Assembly (NCBI GenBank): GCA_965367815.1
Contig: CBDUKN010000001.1
Location: 160,001 to 224,000, forward strand
DNA length: 64,000 nucleotides
Source of the DNA: an uncultured Thermoprotei archaeon
GTDB taxonomy: Archaea > Thermoproteota > Thermoprotei > Thermofilales > B15-G2
Reading direction: 5' to 3'
Shown: positions 54,988 to 64,000 of the stretch, in pieces
Layout of the letters: each line of letters opens with the position of its first letter
How positions within the stretch are numbered: position 1 is the stretch's first letter
Program-made: the position numbers and the translations under genes
Notes under the pieces: generated by a model
Seen by the model: only the letters and a program-made list of their open reading frames with translations
Databases searched by the model: none
What the model was told of the DNA's origin: nothing

Positions 54988-57027
54988 GTGGGATCGGAAA
55001 AAGTTGAAATAACGAGAGGGCTTACTTCTCGAGCTATTGTGTGGAGCCTTATACTTTCAGTAATAATGGTATGGCTGTGTACTCAAGTATACTTCACTAC
55101 AGGAGCTTTCGCTTTCTTTAATCCATGGCCATATAGCCACACAGTAGGAGCTCAGATAGTAGAAACTGTTGGACTATTAACGTTAGTGGTTCTACTGACC
55201 AGTTTAATGGGTAAAGCATTTAGACTAACTTCACAGGAGCTAACTGTAATAATGACAGCTTGCCTAATAGCTGCAATGCCTGTAGGACCATATGTTGCTC
55301 ACTGGACAATGAATTTTGCTCTAGGAGCAAATAAGCCTGGTATAGCGGAAGCGGTTGCTCATTTAGTGCCCAAAATATGGGTTCCTCCAGCTGAAGCCAC
55401 TACTAATTACCTAATAGGAGGTCCTGTCCCATGGGGTATCTTAGCTCCCTTCATTATCACCTGGATTATAGCTTGGACTCTATGGGGATACTTGAATATA
55501 GCGTTCTCTCTGCTGTGGAGGAGAAGCGTAATAGATGTTGAGAAGCTTCCATTTCCTTATGCTGTCGCTGGAATAGAGTTCATTAATATAGCTACTGGAG
55601 AAGATAAACCAAAATTCCTTAATCTCAAAGAGTATGTGGGGAAGTCCTTCTGGATATCATTCATTGTAGGTTTCTTTGCATATCTGCCTCTAGCCATAAG
55701 GATTGTAGTGCCATGGTTCCCCGTACCTGTAATGAAAGGCTCAGCTTACCTAAGAAACTGGTGGATGATAAACTTCTACGATGAACTCAAAGGTCTAGCT
55801 CCATGGGCTCCTTGGGCTATATGGCCTATACCTGAAGTCACAGCACTAGCCTACTTAGTACCAGTAGATATTCTATTCACAGTAGTCGCAGCTTACATAT
55901 TTTTCTTTTATATATTTCCACCAATAGAGTTTTCTCTCGGAATAGCTCCTCCTCCGCCACCTGGAGGCTTTTCTGACTGGTACAATGCCTACAAATTCTA
56001 TGCACGTAAAGTAGGCTTAAAGCCTCAAGCTATATTTGAAACAGGAGGAATATGGGCATTTGCTATCTTCAGTATAATCTTCCACTGGAAATATATCAAA
56101 GAAATAATAAACTATATCAGGAAGCCTCCTGCCGATGAAAAAGAGGCTGAGCCACTTTCATACAAAGCTATGTTCTCAATGTTTGTTCTCTTCTTCATAA
56201 TATACTGCGGTTTCATGGTATCCATGGGCGTCCCAGCGGGACTAGCCCCTATATTACTTATGCTGACTTGTCTGATATTCTATGCGGAGCTATTAATGAG
56301 AGCTGAAGCCGGGCCCTTTGGTTATTGGTGGAGTGAACCTACTCAAATATTCTACGCGAACATCGGAGGAACTTTAGGTCTGTGGTCATGGCCAGCCTCA
56401 GATAATCCGGCAGCTTATGCTACTGCCTACTGGGCGGTACAGTTCCACGGGTACAACCTTGGAGCACAGCCAGGAGTTGTGAGCATGGATGCATACAAGA
56501 TAGCTAAGTCCACTAAAACAAGTCCACGCGAGATACTCATAACCCAGTTGATCTTCACTCCAATAGTATTCGCCCTAGCATTTCTCTTTACAGCATACAG
56601 TAGCTATGCTCTAGGAATAGAAAAGGCATTCAGAGGAAGACCTATAGTTACTTCATGGCCTAAATCTTGGGTCTACGGAGTTCTCAAAGAGCCGTTAATG
56701 AAACACGCTTATTGGGCTGGTCCAGGAGATCTGCCTTTAGCTCTCTCAGCTTTCATAATATTTCCGATAATAATGTTACTGAGAATGAAGTTCCCGTGGT
56801 TCATTATCAATCCAGTAGGCTTAATACTGTTCTGTGGTCACGAAGCCAAGCTCTTTGGGCCATTCTTCATAGCACTGATAATTAAGTACGCTGTATTAAA
56901 GCTAGGAGGAACAAAGCTGTACCGTAAGGGAATACCAATAGTCCTAGGATTCATTTCAGGTTGCGCTATATCAAGAATAGTCGTAGCTCTCTGTTATCTT
57001 GCAGCAGGTATTCCAGCACCTATTTAG
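54988..57027 (+). CDS. OPT-like multi-pass membrane transporter (DUF6785-like)
   Basis: About 16 TM helices; DVEKLPFPYA motif; IIKYAVLKLGG..LY. Confidence 0.75.
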   Translation: MGSEKVEITRGLTSRAIVWSLILSVIMVWLCTQVYFTTGAFAFFNPWPYSHTVGAQIVETVGLLTLVVLLTSLMGKAFRLTSQELTVIMTACLIAAMPVGPYVAHWTMNFALGANKPGIAEAVAHLVPKIWVPPAEATTNYLIGGPVPWGILAPFIITWIIAWTLWGYLNIAFSLLWRRSVIDVEKLPFPYAVAGIEFINIATGEDKPKFLNLKEYVGKSFWISFIVGFFAYLPLAIRIVVPWFPVPVMKGSAYLRNWWMINFYDELKGLAPWAPWAIWPIPEVTALAYLVPVDILFTVVAAYIFFFYIFPPIEFSLGIAPPPPPGGFSDWYNAYKFYARKVGLKPQAIFETGGIWAFAIFSIIFHWKYIKEIINYIRKPPADEKEAEPLSYKAMFSMFVLFFIIYCGFMVSMGVPAGLAPILLMLTCLIFYAELLMRAEAGPFGYWWSEPTQIFYANIGGTLGLWSWPASDNPAAYATAYWAVQFHGYNLGAQPGVVSMDAYKIAKSTKTSPREILITQLIFTPIVFALAFLFTAYSSYALGIEKAFRGRPIVTSWPKSWVYGVLKEPLMKHAYWAGPGDLPLALSAFIIFPIIMLLRMKFPWFIINPVGLILFCGHEAKLFGPFFIALIIKYAVLKLGGTKLYRKGIPIVLGFISGCAISRIVVALCYLAAGIPAPI

Positions 57028-57073
57028 AAAATATATTAAATTTTTTACATATTTTTCCCAAAGGTGATTCAGC

Positions 57074-60000
57074 ATGAGGAAGTTTACTGCAATAGGATTC
57101 CTGTTCTTTATACTCATTATAGCAAACTGTTGTTCAGTTAAAGGATCCGACGAAAATAAAAATATCTATAAAGAGTCCGCCCAAATGGTTTTTCTCTTAG
57201 ACTTAAACAAAATACGTACTCATGTAGAGTACCTTTCTTCAGTAAATTCTAGATTTACTGGGTATCCTGGCTTCTATAAGGCTAGAGACTATATTGTAAA
57301 CTATTTCCGGAAGCTAGGTCTCAAAGTAACACTTCAGAATATTTCAGTTTTAATTCCGCTGGAGAAATATGCTTACATAAAAGTAGGGGAAGAGAAAATC
57401 GAGGTACACGCTGTATATCCTAATTTAGTATGCTTACCTAATGCTGAAGGATTAGAGGGAAGACTTGTATACACTGGTAAGTGTTCACTAAAAGAACTCG
57501 AAGGACTAGAGGTAAACGGATCTATTCTTCTAGTAGATTTTGACTGCGGCTGGAATTGGCTTAATGGTTTCCTTTTTGGAGCAAAAGCAGTTATTTTTCT
57601 GGAGACACGCGGAGTAAACAGAGTAGAGGCCGAGAAGAAATACCTGCCTTACCCAGCTAACTTGCCTAGGTACTATGCTGATAAAGAGGCCGCCGCTAAA
57701 CTATTGGCGGCGGCAGAGAAGGGTTTTAAGGCTAAAATCTATGTTAGAGTCGAGTGGAAGAAAGTTGAAGTGAGCAATATTATTGCAGTACTTGAGGGAG
57801 AGAAAAGTGATGAAATTGTAGTCTTTATGAGCTATTATGATGCGTTTTCTGTAGTACCAGCCTTAGCTCCAGGGGCAGAAGACTCTCTCGGGATATCGCT
57901 GTTGCTAGAGATTGCTCGAGTCTTATCTTCTAAGGGAAAGCCTTATAGAACTATCTGGTTTGTAGCTCTAGCTGGACATTACCAGGGAATAATTGGGGCA
58001 AGAGAGTTTGTAGAAGAATACTTCTTTGGGAAAATGTCTAAGAAAACTGGCGGAGATGGACGCTATGTAAGAGTTATCATGGGACTGGATATAGCATCTG
58101 ATAGCGACTACTTGGCGCTAGTTGCTGGAAGAAGTGATGGAGAGTCCTTTTATGCTCTCTCGAGACTGGACTTTACTAGCATTTACGGAATAATGGAAGA
58201 CATAGTGTTTTACGGAGGTGCAAAGCTTTCTAAATATTCTTCACCTCTACAGGAAATAAGAGATCAATCCTTCCTGCACTATCTAATGCTATACACAGGA
58301 AAGAGGTACAAGGTAGCTGATGGTCTTAGGCTAAGTGAAGGGAAATACTTTAAAGAAGCGGCGGCTTCTCCAATAGGACTCATGTTAGATAGTGAGGCTC
58401 CGGCAATAGCCGGTGCATATGCTTTTTCGCTTTCAACATCGCTTTCTCTAAGACTAAACAGATGGTCTCCTCTGGATAAAATCAGTTCAGTGAACTTCAC
58501 TAATATAGCTCCTCAAGCCGAGTTCGCGATTGCTTTTGCATACTTCTTGACTAACTGGAAGGAGCTCAGCAAGAAAATACCTGTTCTTTCTGCAAGCAAG
58601 TTTCTTGGAGGACAGAATAAGGGATTCATAACACTTAAAGGCAGAGTAGTTGAGTATGATTTAAATAAAGGAATATATGTTGCTGTCCCTAACGCTATTA
58701 TACATATAGTTGCTAACTCCTACAAGCACGAAATTCTTGTGCAGACAAATGAGAAAGGGCTTTTTGAAGTGCATGGACTTTCTCCTTCGGCTCTTTATTT
58801 GATAGAAGCTTTTGCAGTAGACCCGAATACAGGAAATGTTGTATACGCCCCTGATTACGGGGAATACGGAGGAAAAGTCTTTCCTCTTAGACGTACTTCC
58901 TTCATAGATCCTGAGGTTGAAATAACTACAGTGGTTTTCAAAGCAGGCTCGATAGTGTTCATTGACGCAATAGACCCTAGGAGTATCATGGGAAGAGTTT
59001 TCACTATAATAGTGAACGACGTTAGGTCGCATACTCCAACAATAAAATATGGGTCATCAGAGTTGCTAAGCCAAATAGTCTATGAATACTTGTCTAGAAA
59101 AGCCATGCCAGCTATGCCGATTTTTTACATAGAGCCTCCAGTAGCTGTAGCCTTTGTGCCAGAAGATGTTCCAGTAGAAGTTATGTTTAAATTAGGTGCT
59201 GTTTTCACAGGAGTATACAATAATTTAGGAAGAGGAATAAAAGTAAGTACTGGAGAGCAGGTCATAGTAAATACACCTCTAGTGATGGCTAGAGACTTAG
59301 TAAAACTTGATGAAGATAGACTAAGCCTACTACACTCTTATGGGGTCTATAGCGGCGGAGAAATAGCAGAAAAGTATCACGCGAGAGCTCAAGACTGTTT
59401 AAGGAAGGCTCTAGACTACTTAAATAGAAAGAAGTATGCGAAAACCTATGTTTACTCAATTAGATCATGGGCTATAGAACTCAAAGCCTATAGCGAGACT
59501 AGGAAACTGATATCGGATACGGTCAATACTGCGATCTTTTTCTCATTCATGTTAGTTCCCTTTGCTTTCTTCTTAGAGAGACTGGTTTTTAGTAGAAGAG
59601 GTCTAAAACAGTTCTTAGGGACTCTAGCATTCTACATAGTGTTTACAGCACTCTTTGTGGCTACTCATCCAGGCATAGTGGTAGCTTCAAGCGGTTTCAT
59701 GATTATACTTTCTACATCTGCTTTGATCTTAGTAATACCAGTACTCGGCATTATGCTGAGTGAAGTGCAGGAACGCTTTAGGGAGCTGAGGGAAAGACTT
59801 CTAGGAAGGCATGAAGCTGGAATAAGCATAGCCTCAGCAGTTACTCTCTCATTTTCTTACAGCACTCTAAGTATGAGGAGGAGAAGAGCGAGAACTATTC
59901 TTACATTAGTCTCTCTGATAACAGTAGTCTTTGGCATGATAGCTCTATCATCTGCCTATGCTTTCAGCGTAGTTCTCCCTAAGCCTCAGCAGGCCGAAAT

Positions 60001-61528
60001 AAAGCCGTATTACGGAATACTGATAAGAAATCCTGAGAGAGCTGTCTTGCCCGAAGTAACGCTTAAGTTCTTTAAAGCTTGGTTTGAGGAAGAAGGAGTA
60101 GTTTCAGCTAAGATATGGTGGTATCCTAGATATCTGTTTAAGCCAGAGATGAGTGCAAAGTTTGGAACAAATGCTTCTCTTCGTGCTCTCTGGGCTCTAA
60201 GTAAGGAAGGTATAGAAATTTATAACTTTTCAAATGCAATTGTGCCGACAGAAGCTCTTGGCATAGTGTCTGAAGGATCTATGGCGTGTATAGTCAGCTC
60301 TGATATAATTGAGAGAGGTATTAAGGTAGGAGACGAAATTCTGCTTCCAGGAGGAATAAAGCTGGTAGTAATAGGTCAGACTATCAAGGGAATGAAGCTT
60401 CCTCTTGATCTAGATTTAGACGAAATATCTCCAGTAGACCCTATTGCTTTAGTAGAGGCAGGTGAAGAGATACAGACTTATCCTAGGCTAAAGAACTACT
60501 TCGCAATAGTTCCGCTAAGAGTGCTCAAGCTATTAGGAGACTACGGTATCTACTCTATATCGGTTAAGTTCACAAAGAAAGTTGACTTAAAGAGCTTAGC
60601 TGAAGAGCTAGTGGACATCATGGGAGTAGATGTTTATGTAGGATCAGAAGAAGGAACACTAATCTACCGTCAGGCGCTTGCGTTTACTTTCCACGGATGG
60701 CAATATCTCATGATACCGCTTGTTATCGCTATGTTCACAATACTGAACACAATGCTAGGAAGCATATATGAGAGAACAGGTGAAATCAAAATACTAAGCG
60801 CCTTGGGATTATCTCCCACACAAGTGTTCTTTGTGTTTCTAGCTGACGCGATAGTCATGGGCGTAGTCGGAAGCTTTATAGGTTATCTTATGGCGACAGT
60901 TTATGCCAAGGCTTATGCCATAATAGCTGCGGAAAAACTTGCATTTAACTATACGTCGTGGTTCGTGATGATAGTGGTAGTGCTTTCTATAGTAGCTAGT
61001 CTTCTCTCAACACTCTATCCGGCTTTTAAGGCGTCGAAGCTCGTAACTCCGTCTCTAGCTAGAAAGTGGAAAGTAGCAGGACCTAGGGGCGACACCTGGG
61101 AGATACCATTACCGTTCGTGGCGGAGGAGGCAGAGGTAGAAGGAGTTCTTGCTTTCATGAAAGAATATTTCTCAGCGCATAAGGGAGAGAGGCTAGGCAA
61201 ATTTATGGTCACAAGTGATGTTGAATACCACGAAGAAGAAATCGCTGGACAGTACACTAAATCAATAGTCTTCACGATGTCTCTAGCCCCCTATGAGCAA
61301 GGTATTTCTCAAAGAGTAGAGCTAAATGCTGTCTGGAACCAGGCCATGCGAAAATACACCTTTACAGCGAACTTAAAGCTCCTCACAGGCTCGAGGAAGC
61401 TGTGGACAAGTCTAGCTTATGGAGTAATGGACGATGTGAGAAAGCAGCTTCTCCTCTGGAAGATACTGAAGCCCGAAGAGAGGAGGAAGTACATTAGTCG
61501 TGCTCGCGAGATCTTAGGGGTGAGATGA
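57074..61528 (+). CDS. Signal peptide + M28-like/PA domain + carboxypeptidase-regulatory-like domain + FtsX/MacB-type permease fusion
   Basis: SRFTGYPG, NIIAVLEG, YYD...APGAED; GRVVEYD...TNEKGLF; RRRRARTILT; ERTGEIKILSALGLSP; LYPAFKASK. Confidence 0.8.
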   Translation: MRKFTAIGFLFFILIIANCCSVKGSDENKNIYKESAQMVFLLDLNKIRTHVEYLSSVNSRFTGYPGFYKARDYIVNYFRKLGLKVTLQNISVLIPLEKYAYIKVGEEKIEVHAVYPNLVCLPNAEGLEGRLVYTGKCSLKELEGLEVNGSILLVDFDCGWNWLNGFLFGAKAVIFLETRGVNRVEAEKKYLPYPANLPRYYADKEAAAKLLAAAEKGFKAKIYVRVEWKKVEVSNIIAVLEGEKSDEIVVFMSYYDAFSVVPALAPGAEDSLGISLLLEIARVLSSKGKPYRTIWFVALAGHYQGIIGAREFVEEYFFGKMSKKTGGDGRYVRVIMGLDIASDSDYLALVAGRSDGESFYALSRLDFTSIYGIMEDIVFYGGAKLSKYSSPLQEIRDQSFLHYLMLYTGKRYKVADGLRLSEGKYFKEAAASPIGLMLDSEAPAIAGAYAFSLSTSLSLRLNRWSPLDKISSVNFTNIAPQAEFAIAFAYFLTNWKELSKKIPVLSASKFLGGQNKGFITLKGRVVEYDLNKGIYVAVPNAIIHIVANSYKHEILVQTNEKGLFEVHGLSPSALYLIEAFAVDPNTGNVVYAPDYGEYGGKVFPLRRTSFIDPEVEITTVVFKAGSIVFIDAIDPRSIMGRVFTIIVNDVRSHTPTIKYGSSELLSQIVYEYLSRKAMPAMPIFYIEPPVAVAFVPEDVPVEVMFKLGAVFTGVYNNLGRGIKVSTGEQVIVNTPLVMARDLVKLDEDRLSLLHSYGVYSGGEIAEKYHARAQDCLRKALDYLNRKKYAKTYVYSIRSWAIELKAYSETRKLISDTVNTAIFFSFMLVPFAFFLERLVFSRRGLKQFLGTLAFYIVFTALFVATHPGIVVASSGFMIILSTSALILVIPVLGIMLSEVQERFRELRERLLGRHEAGISIASAVTLSFSYSTLSMRRRRARTILTLVSLITVVFGMIALSSAYAFSVVLPKPQQAEIKPYYGILIRNPERAVLPEVTLKFFKAWFEEEGVVSAKIWWYPRYLFKPEMSAKFGTNASLRALWALSKEGIEIYNFSNAIVPTEALGIVSEGSMACIVSSDIIERGIKVGDEILLPGGIKLVVIGQTIKGMKLPLDLDLDEISPVDPIALVEAGEEIQTYPRLKNYFAIVPLRVLKLLGDYGIYSISVKFTKKVDLKSLAEELVDIMGVDVYVGSEEGTLIYRQALAFTFHGWQYLMIPLVIAMFTILNTMLGSIYERTGEIKILSALGLSPTQVFFVFLADAIVMGVVGSFIGYLMATVYAKAYAIIAAEKLAFNYTSWFVMIVVVLSIVASLLSTLYPAFKASKLVTPSLARKWKVAGPRGDTWEIPLPFVAEEAEVEGVLAFMKEYFSAHKGERLGKFMVTSDVEYHEEEIAGQYTKSIVFTMSLAPYEQGISQRVELNAVWNQAMRKYTFTANLKLLTGSRKLWTSLAYGVMDDVRKQLLLWKILKPEERRKYISRAREILGVR

Positions 61529-63432
61529 TGTCTCTCTTAGGAGATGTATCTAAATGGAAAGAAGGTTTCACTTATCGAGTAGTCTTTGCCGCAATATATG
61601 CGGCAATAGTTCTTCAGCCAATAATACTCTTTAGCCAGCTGTATTCAGGAGTAGCGCTGGTCGGAGCAGCAACTTACTTAACGCTAGTGCTTTTCGATCA
61701 GATAGGAAGACTTTCAGGAAAACCTCTCAGCAAACAAGAATTATTTACTCTGCAGATAGCAGCTGAAACAGCTGCAGGAGACATAATATTCCTACAGCTA
61801 CTGTGGTTTGCTTTCCTTAGAACAGGTAGTGTATCTAAAGCATTCGGTATAGCCGACAAACTACCTTTATGGATAGCGCCTCCGGAAACATCGCCAGTAT
61901 ATCTCTACAGAACAATACTCCATAGTGACTGGCTCATGCCAATAGCCCTCTTAGTATTATCCTACGTCTTTTACAAAATATGTAATGTATCACTCGGACT
62001 TATAGCAGCACACCTATACGTCGAAGTAGAGCGCCTGCCATTCCCGTTAGCTCAAGTATCGGCAGAAGTGATAGTAACGCTAGCCGAAAGAGAGTCTGAA
62101 AGAGTAAGAGTTTTCAGTATAGCTACTTTCATAGGAGCCATATACTCTCTCGTGTTATATGGAGTACCCCTGCTAAGCGAAGTTTTCGCCGGAACAGCTA
62201 TTCGAATACTTCCATTTCCGTGGTACGATATGAATAATTTCATAGAGACATGGCTCCCTGGCGCAAGCTTCGGAATAGCCACAGATATACTAGTACTGGG
62301 AACAGGTTTTGTCATACCCTTCAACGTAGCTGTAGCACAGTTCTTAGGAGCATTTGTAATATACTTTATAGGAAACCACCTACTAGTGGTAAACAATCTT
62401 TTCCCACACTGGCTCCCAGGAATGAACATTACACTCACCTGGAGCAATTCAATACTAGACTTCTGGGCAAGCTTCATAATAGGACTAGGCATAGCAGCTG
62501 GAATAGCACCTTTCATAAAACACCCAGAGTACGTTACATCAACTATAAGGAGCTTAGCCAAGCTCTCTAAAGCCTCTAAGGAAGCAGGATACTTATCAAT
62601 TAAAGTCCTTGGAACACTATTCCTCTTCGGTAGTCTTAGCTTAGTAGCAATAGCACTATTACTCGTGCCCAGCTTTATGCCCTATGCCTGGGTACTTCTC
62701 CTCCTCTCGCCTGTATGGGCCTTCATATCAACTTTAATAGCAGCAAGATCTCTTGGTCTCACAGGATACAATCTAGCAATACCTTATGTGAGAGAAATAG
62801 CATTAGCTTTAACACCTTACAGGGGAGTAGACATATGGTTTGCTCCAATATATACACCGTCTAATATAGGCTTTGTCTGGCCTACTGGAGGCTCAAGCTG
62901 GGCCGCAACTCTTAAAATATGCTGGATAACAGAGACTAAGTTATCAAGTATATACAAGGCGTGGATACTGGCAACAGCATGTGCCTGGTTAGCAGGACTT
63001 TTTTACGTAGACATTTTCTGGAGACTAGCTCCAGTGCCCTCTACATTCTACCCGTGGACTGCTATTTACTGGCCAGTTCAAGCAATATATACAGGGCTAT
63101 GGATTACTAAACAAATATTCGTATTTAACCCAGCGTTGCTATTAATAGGACTATTTGGAGGACTAGCTCTTTCTGCATTAGAGTATTTGAAAATACCTTT
63201 CTCCTTGATAGGATTTGCTTTTGGAGTAGCATCACCTATACCGACAAGTGTGACAGTTCTTATAGGTGCTCTACTAGGAAAGTACTTTTTCTCAAGAGTC
63301 TTTGGAAAAGAGTGGTGGAAAAAATATAAAACAGTAATTGTGGCCGGATTCACTTTCGGAGAGGGAATAATTGTTGGAGTGACAATATTAATAACACTTA
63401 TAGCGAAGTCCGTGTGGACTATGCCTTATTAA
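61525..63432 (+). CDS. OPT family oligopeptide transporter-like protein
   Basis: LSKQELF, EVERLPFPLA, APVPS..YP; about 16 TM helices; overlaps the previous stop. Confidence 0.8.
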   Translation: MMSLLGDVSKWKEGFTYRVVFAAIYAAIVLQPIILFSQLYSGVALVGAATYLTLVLFDQIGRLSGKPLSKQELFTLQIAAETAAGDIIFLQLLWFAFLRTGSVSKAFGIADKLPLWIAPPETSPVYLYRTILHSDWLMPIALLVLSYVFYKICNVSLGLIAAHLYVEVERLPFPLAQVSAEVIVTLAERESERVRVFSIATFIGAIYSLVLYGVPLLSEVFAGTAIRILPFPWYDMNNFIETWLPGASFGIATDILVLGTGFVIPFNVAVAQFLGAFVIYFIGNHLLVVNNLFPHWLPGMNITLTWSNSILDFWASFIIGLGIAAGIAPFIKHPEYVTSTIRSLAKLSKASKEAGYLSIKVLGTLFLFGSLSLVAIALLLVPSFMPYAWVLLLLSPVWAFISTLIAARSLGLTGYNLAIPYVREIALALTPYRGVDIWFAPIYTPSNIGFVWPTGGSSWAATLKICWITETKLSSIYKAWILATACAWLAGLFYVDIFWRLAPVPSTFYPWTAIYWPVQAIYTGLWITKQIFVFNPALLLIGLFGGLALSALEYLKIPFSLIGFAFGVASPIPTSVTVLIGALLGKYFFSRVFGKEWWKKYKTVIVAGFTFGEGIIVGVTILITLIAKSVWTMPY

Positions 63433-63598
63433 GTCTTATCTAAAATTTTATAAAATTTTTACATAACTGTTTTTATTAATTTTGTAGTGGTAGTTATTTA
63501 AGCATTCTAGTATTGCTTAGCCTAATTGAAAGTTAGGTCATTATATTTTAAGCGTAGAGACTATATAACTATAATAGAGAGTAATTGAAATAACATAC

Positions 63599-64000
63599 GT
63601 GAAGGTACCAAAAATAGATTTTCATGTTCATACAGCAGAAAAACCAACCTTGACTTTCATTCCTCTAGAGGGCTTAATCAAGGAAGCTGAAGAAAGAGGC
63701 TTAAAGTACTTGGCGGTAACTGATCACTGGAAAGATGATACGGAAGTAGCTATCTTTGTTGAGGAGAGGAGAAAACTTAGTCGCCTCTCTCCTAGACTTG
63801 AAGTATTTTTGTCTGCTGAAGTAGAAATAGTAGACGATAAAGGTTCATGTCCCATAAACCCGAGGAAGCACTATGAAGTACTAGAAGCATTAGACTACTT
63901 ATCGGCGGCCCCTCATTTAGGCGAACTTATACCCGAGGGGAAGAGGCCGAAGACTAGCGACAAGTACATTGAATATGTTCATAGAAAATACATAAGTATT
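63599..64000 (+). CDS. PHP domain phosphoesterase (3' truncated by window edge)
   Basis: GTG start, MKVPKIDFHVHT...AVTDH...SAEVE; frame is open to the window end; missing from the ORF track. Confidence 0.85.
   Translation, partial: MKVPKIDFHVHTAEKPTLTFIPLEGLIKEAEERGLKYLAVTDHWKDDTEVAIFVEERRKLSRLSPRLEVFLSAEVEIVDDKGSCPINPRKHYEVLEALDYLSAAPHLGELIPEGKRPKTSDKYIEYVHRKYISI

Overview
Gene-dense, AT-rich archaeal chromosomal segment. Nre, XPB/Bax1, an Alba-like gene, a tungsten AOR, C/D-box sRNAs and frequent GTG starts suggest a (hyper)thermophilic Thermoproteota-like organism; this taxonomy is inferred, not shown. I saw no rRNA, tRNA, CRISPR array or intact transposase. Most genes serve carbohydrate scavenging, redox metabolism, DNA repair and polyamine synthesis. 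The most striking element is a tightly coupled operon of three divergent FtsZ-like GTPases (12144-15043). All lack the C-terminal tail and none keeps the full NxDxxD T7 loop, with complementary losses, which suggests a possible heteropolymeric cytoskeletal system. Other notable items: an OPT-like/pseudo-M28-FtsX/OPT-like membrane system (54988-63432); an SPFH/zinc-ribbon (ydjGI-like) operon; two C/D-box sRNAs, one predicted to guide Cm34 of tRNA-Trp; a 50-bp perfect inverted identity between two speE paralogs; a direct/inverted repeat mosaic near 6 kb; and an AT-rich island with a frameshifted vapB and a doubly disrupted surface-protein gene. All family assignments come from motif recognition by eye; no database searches were run.
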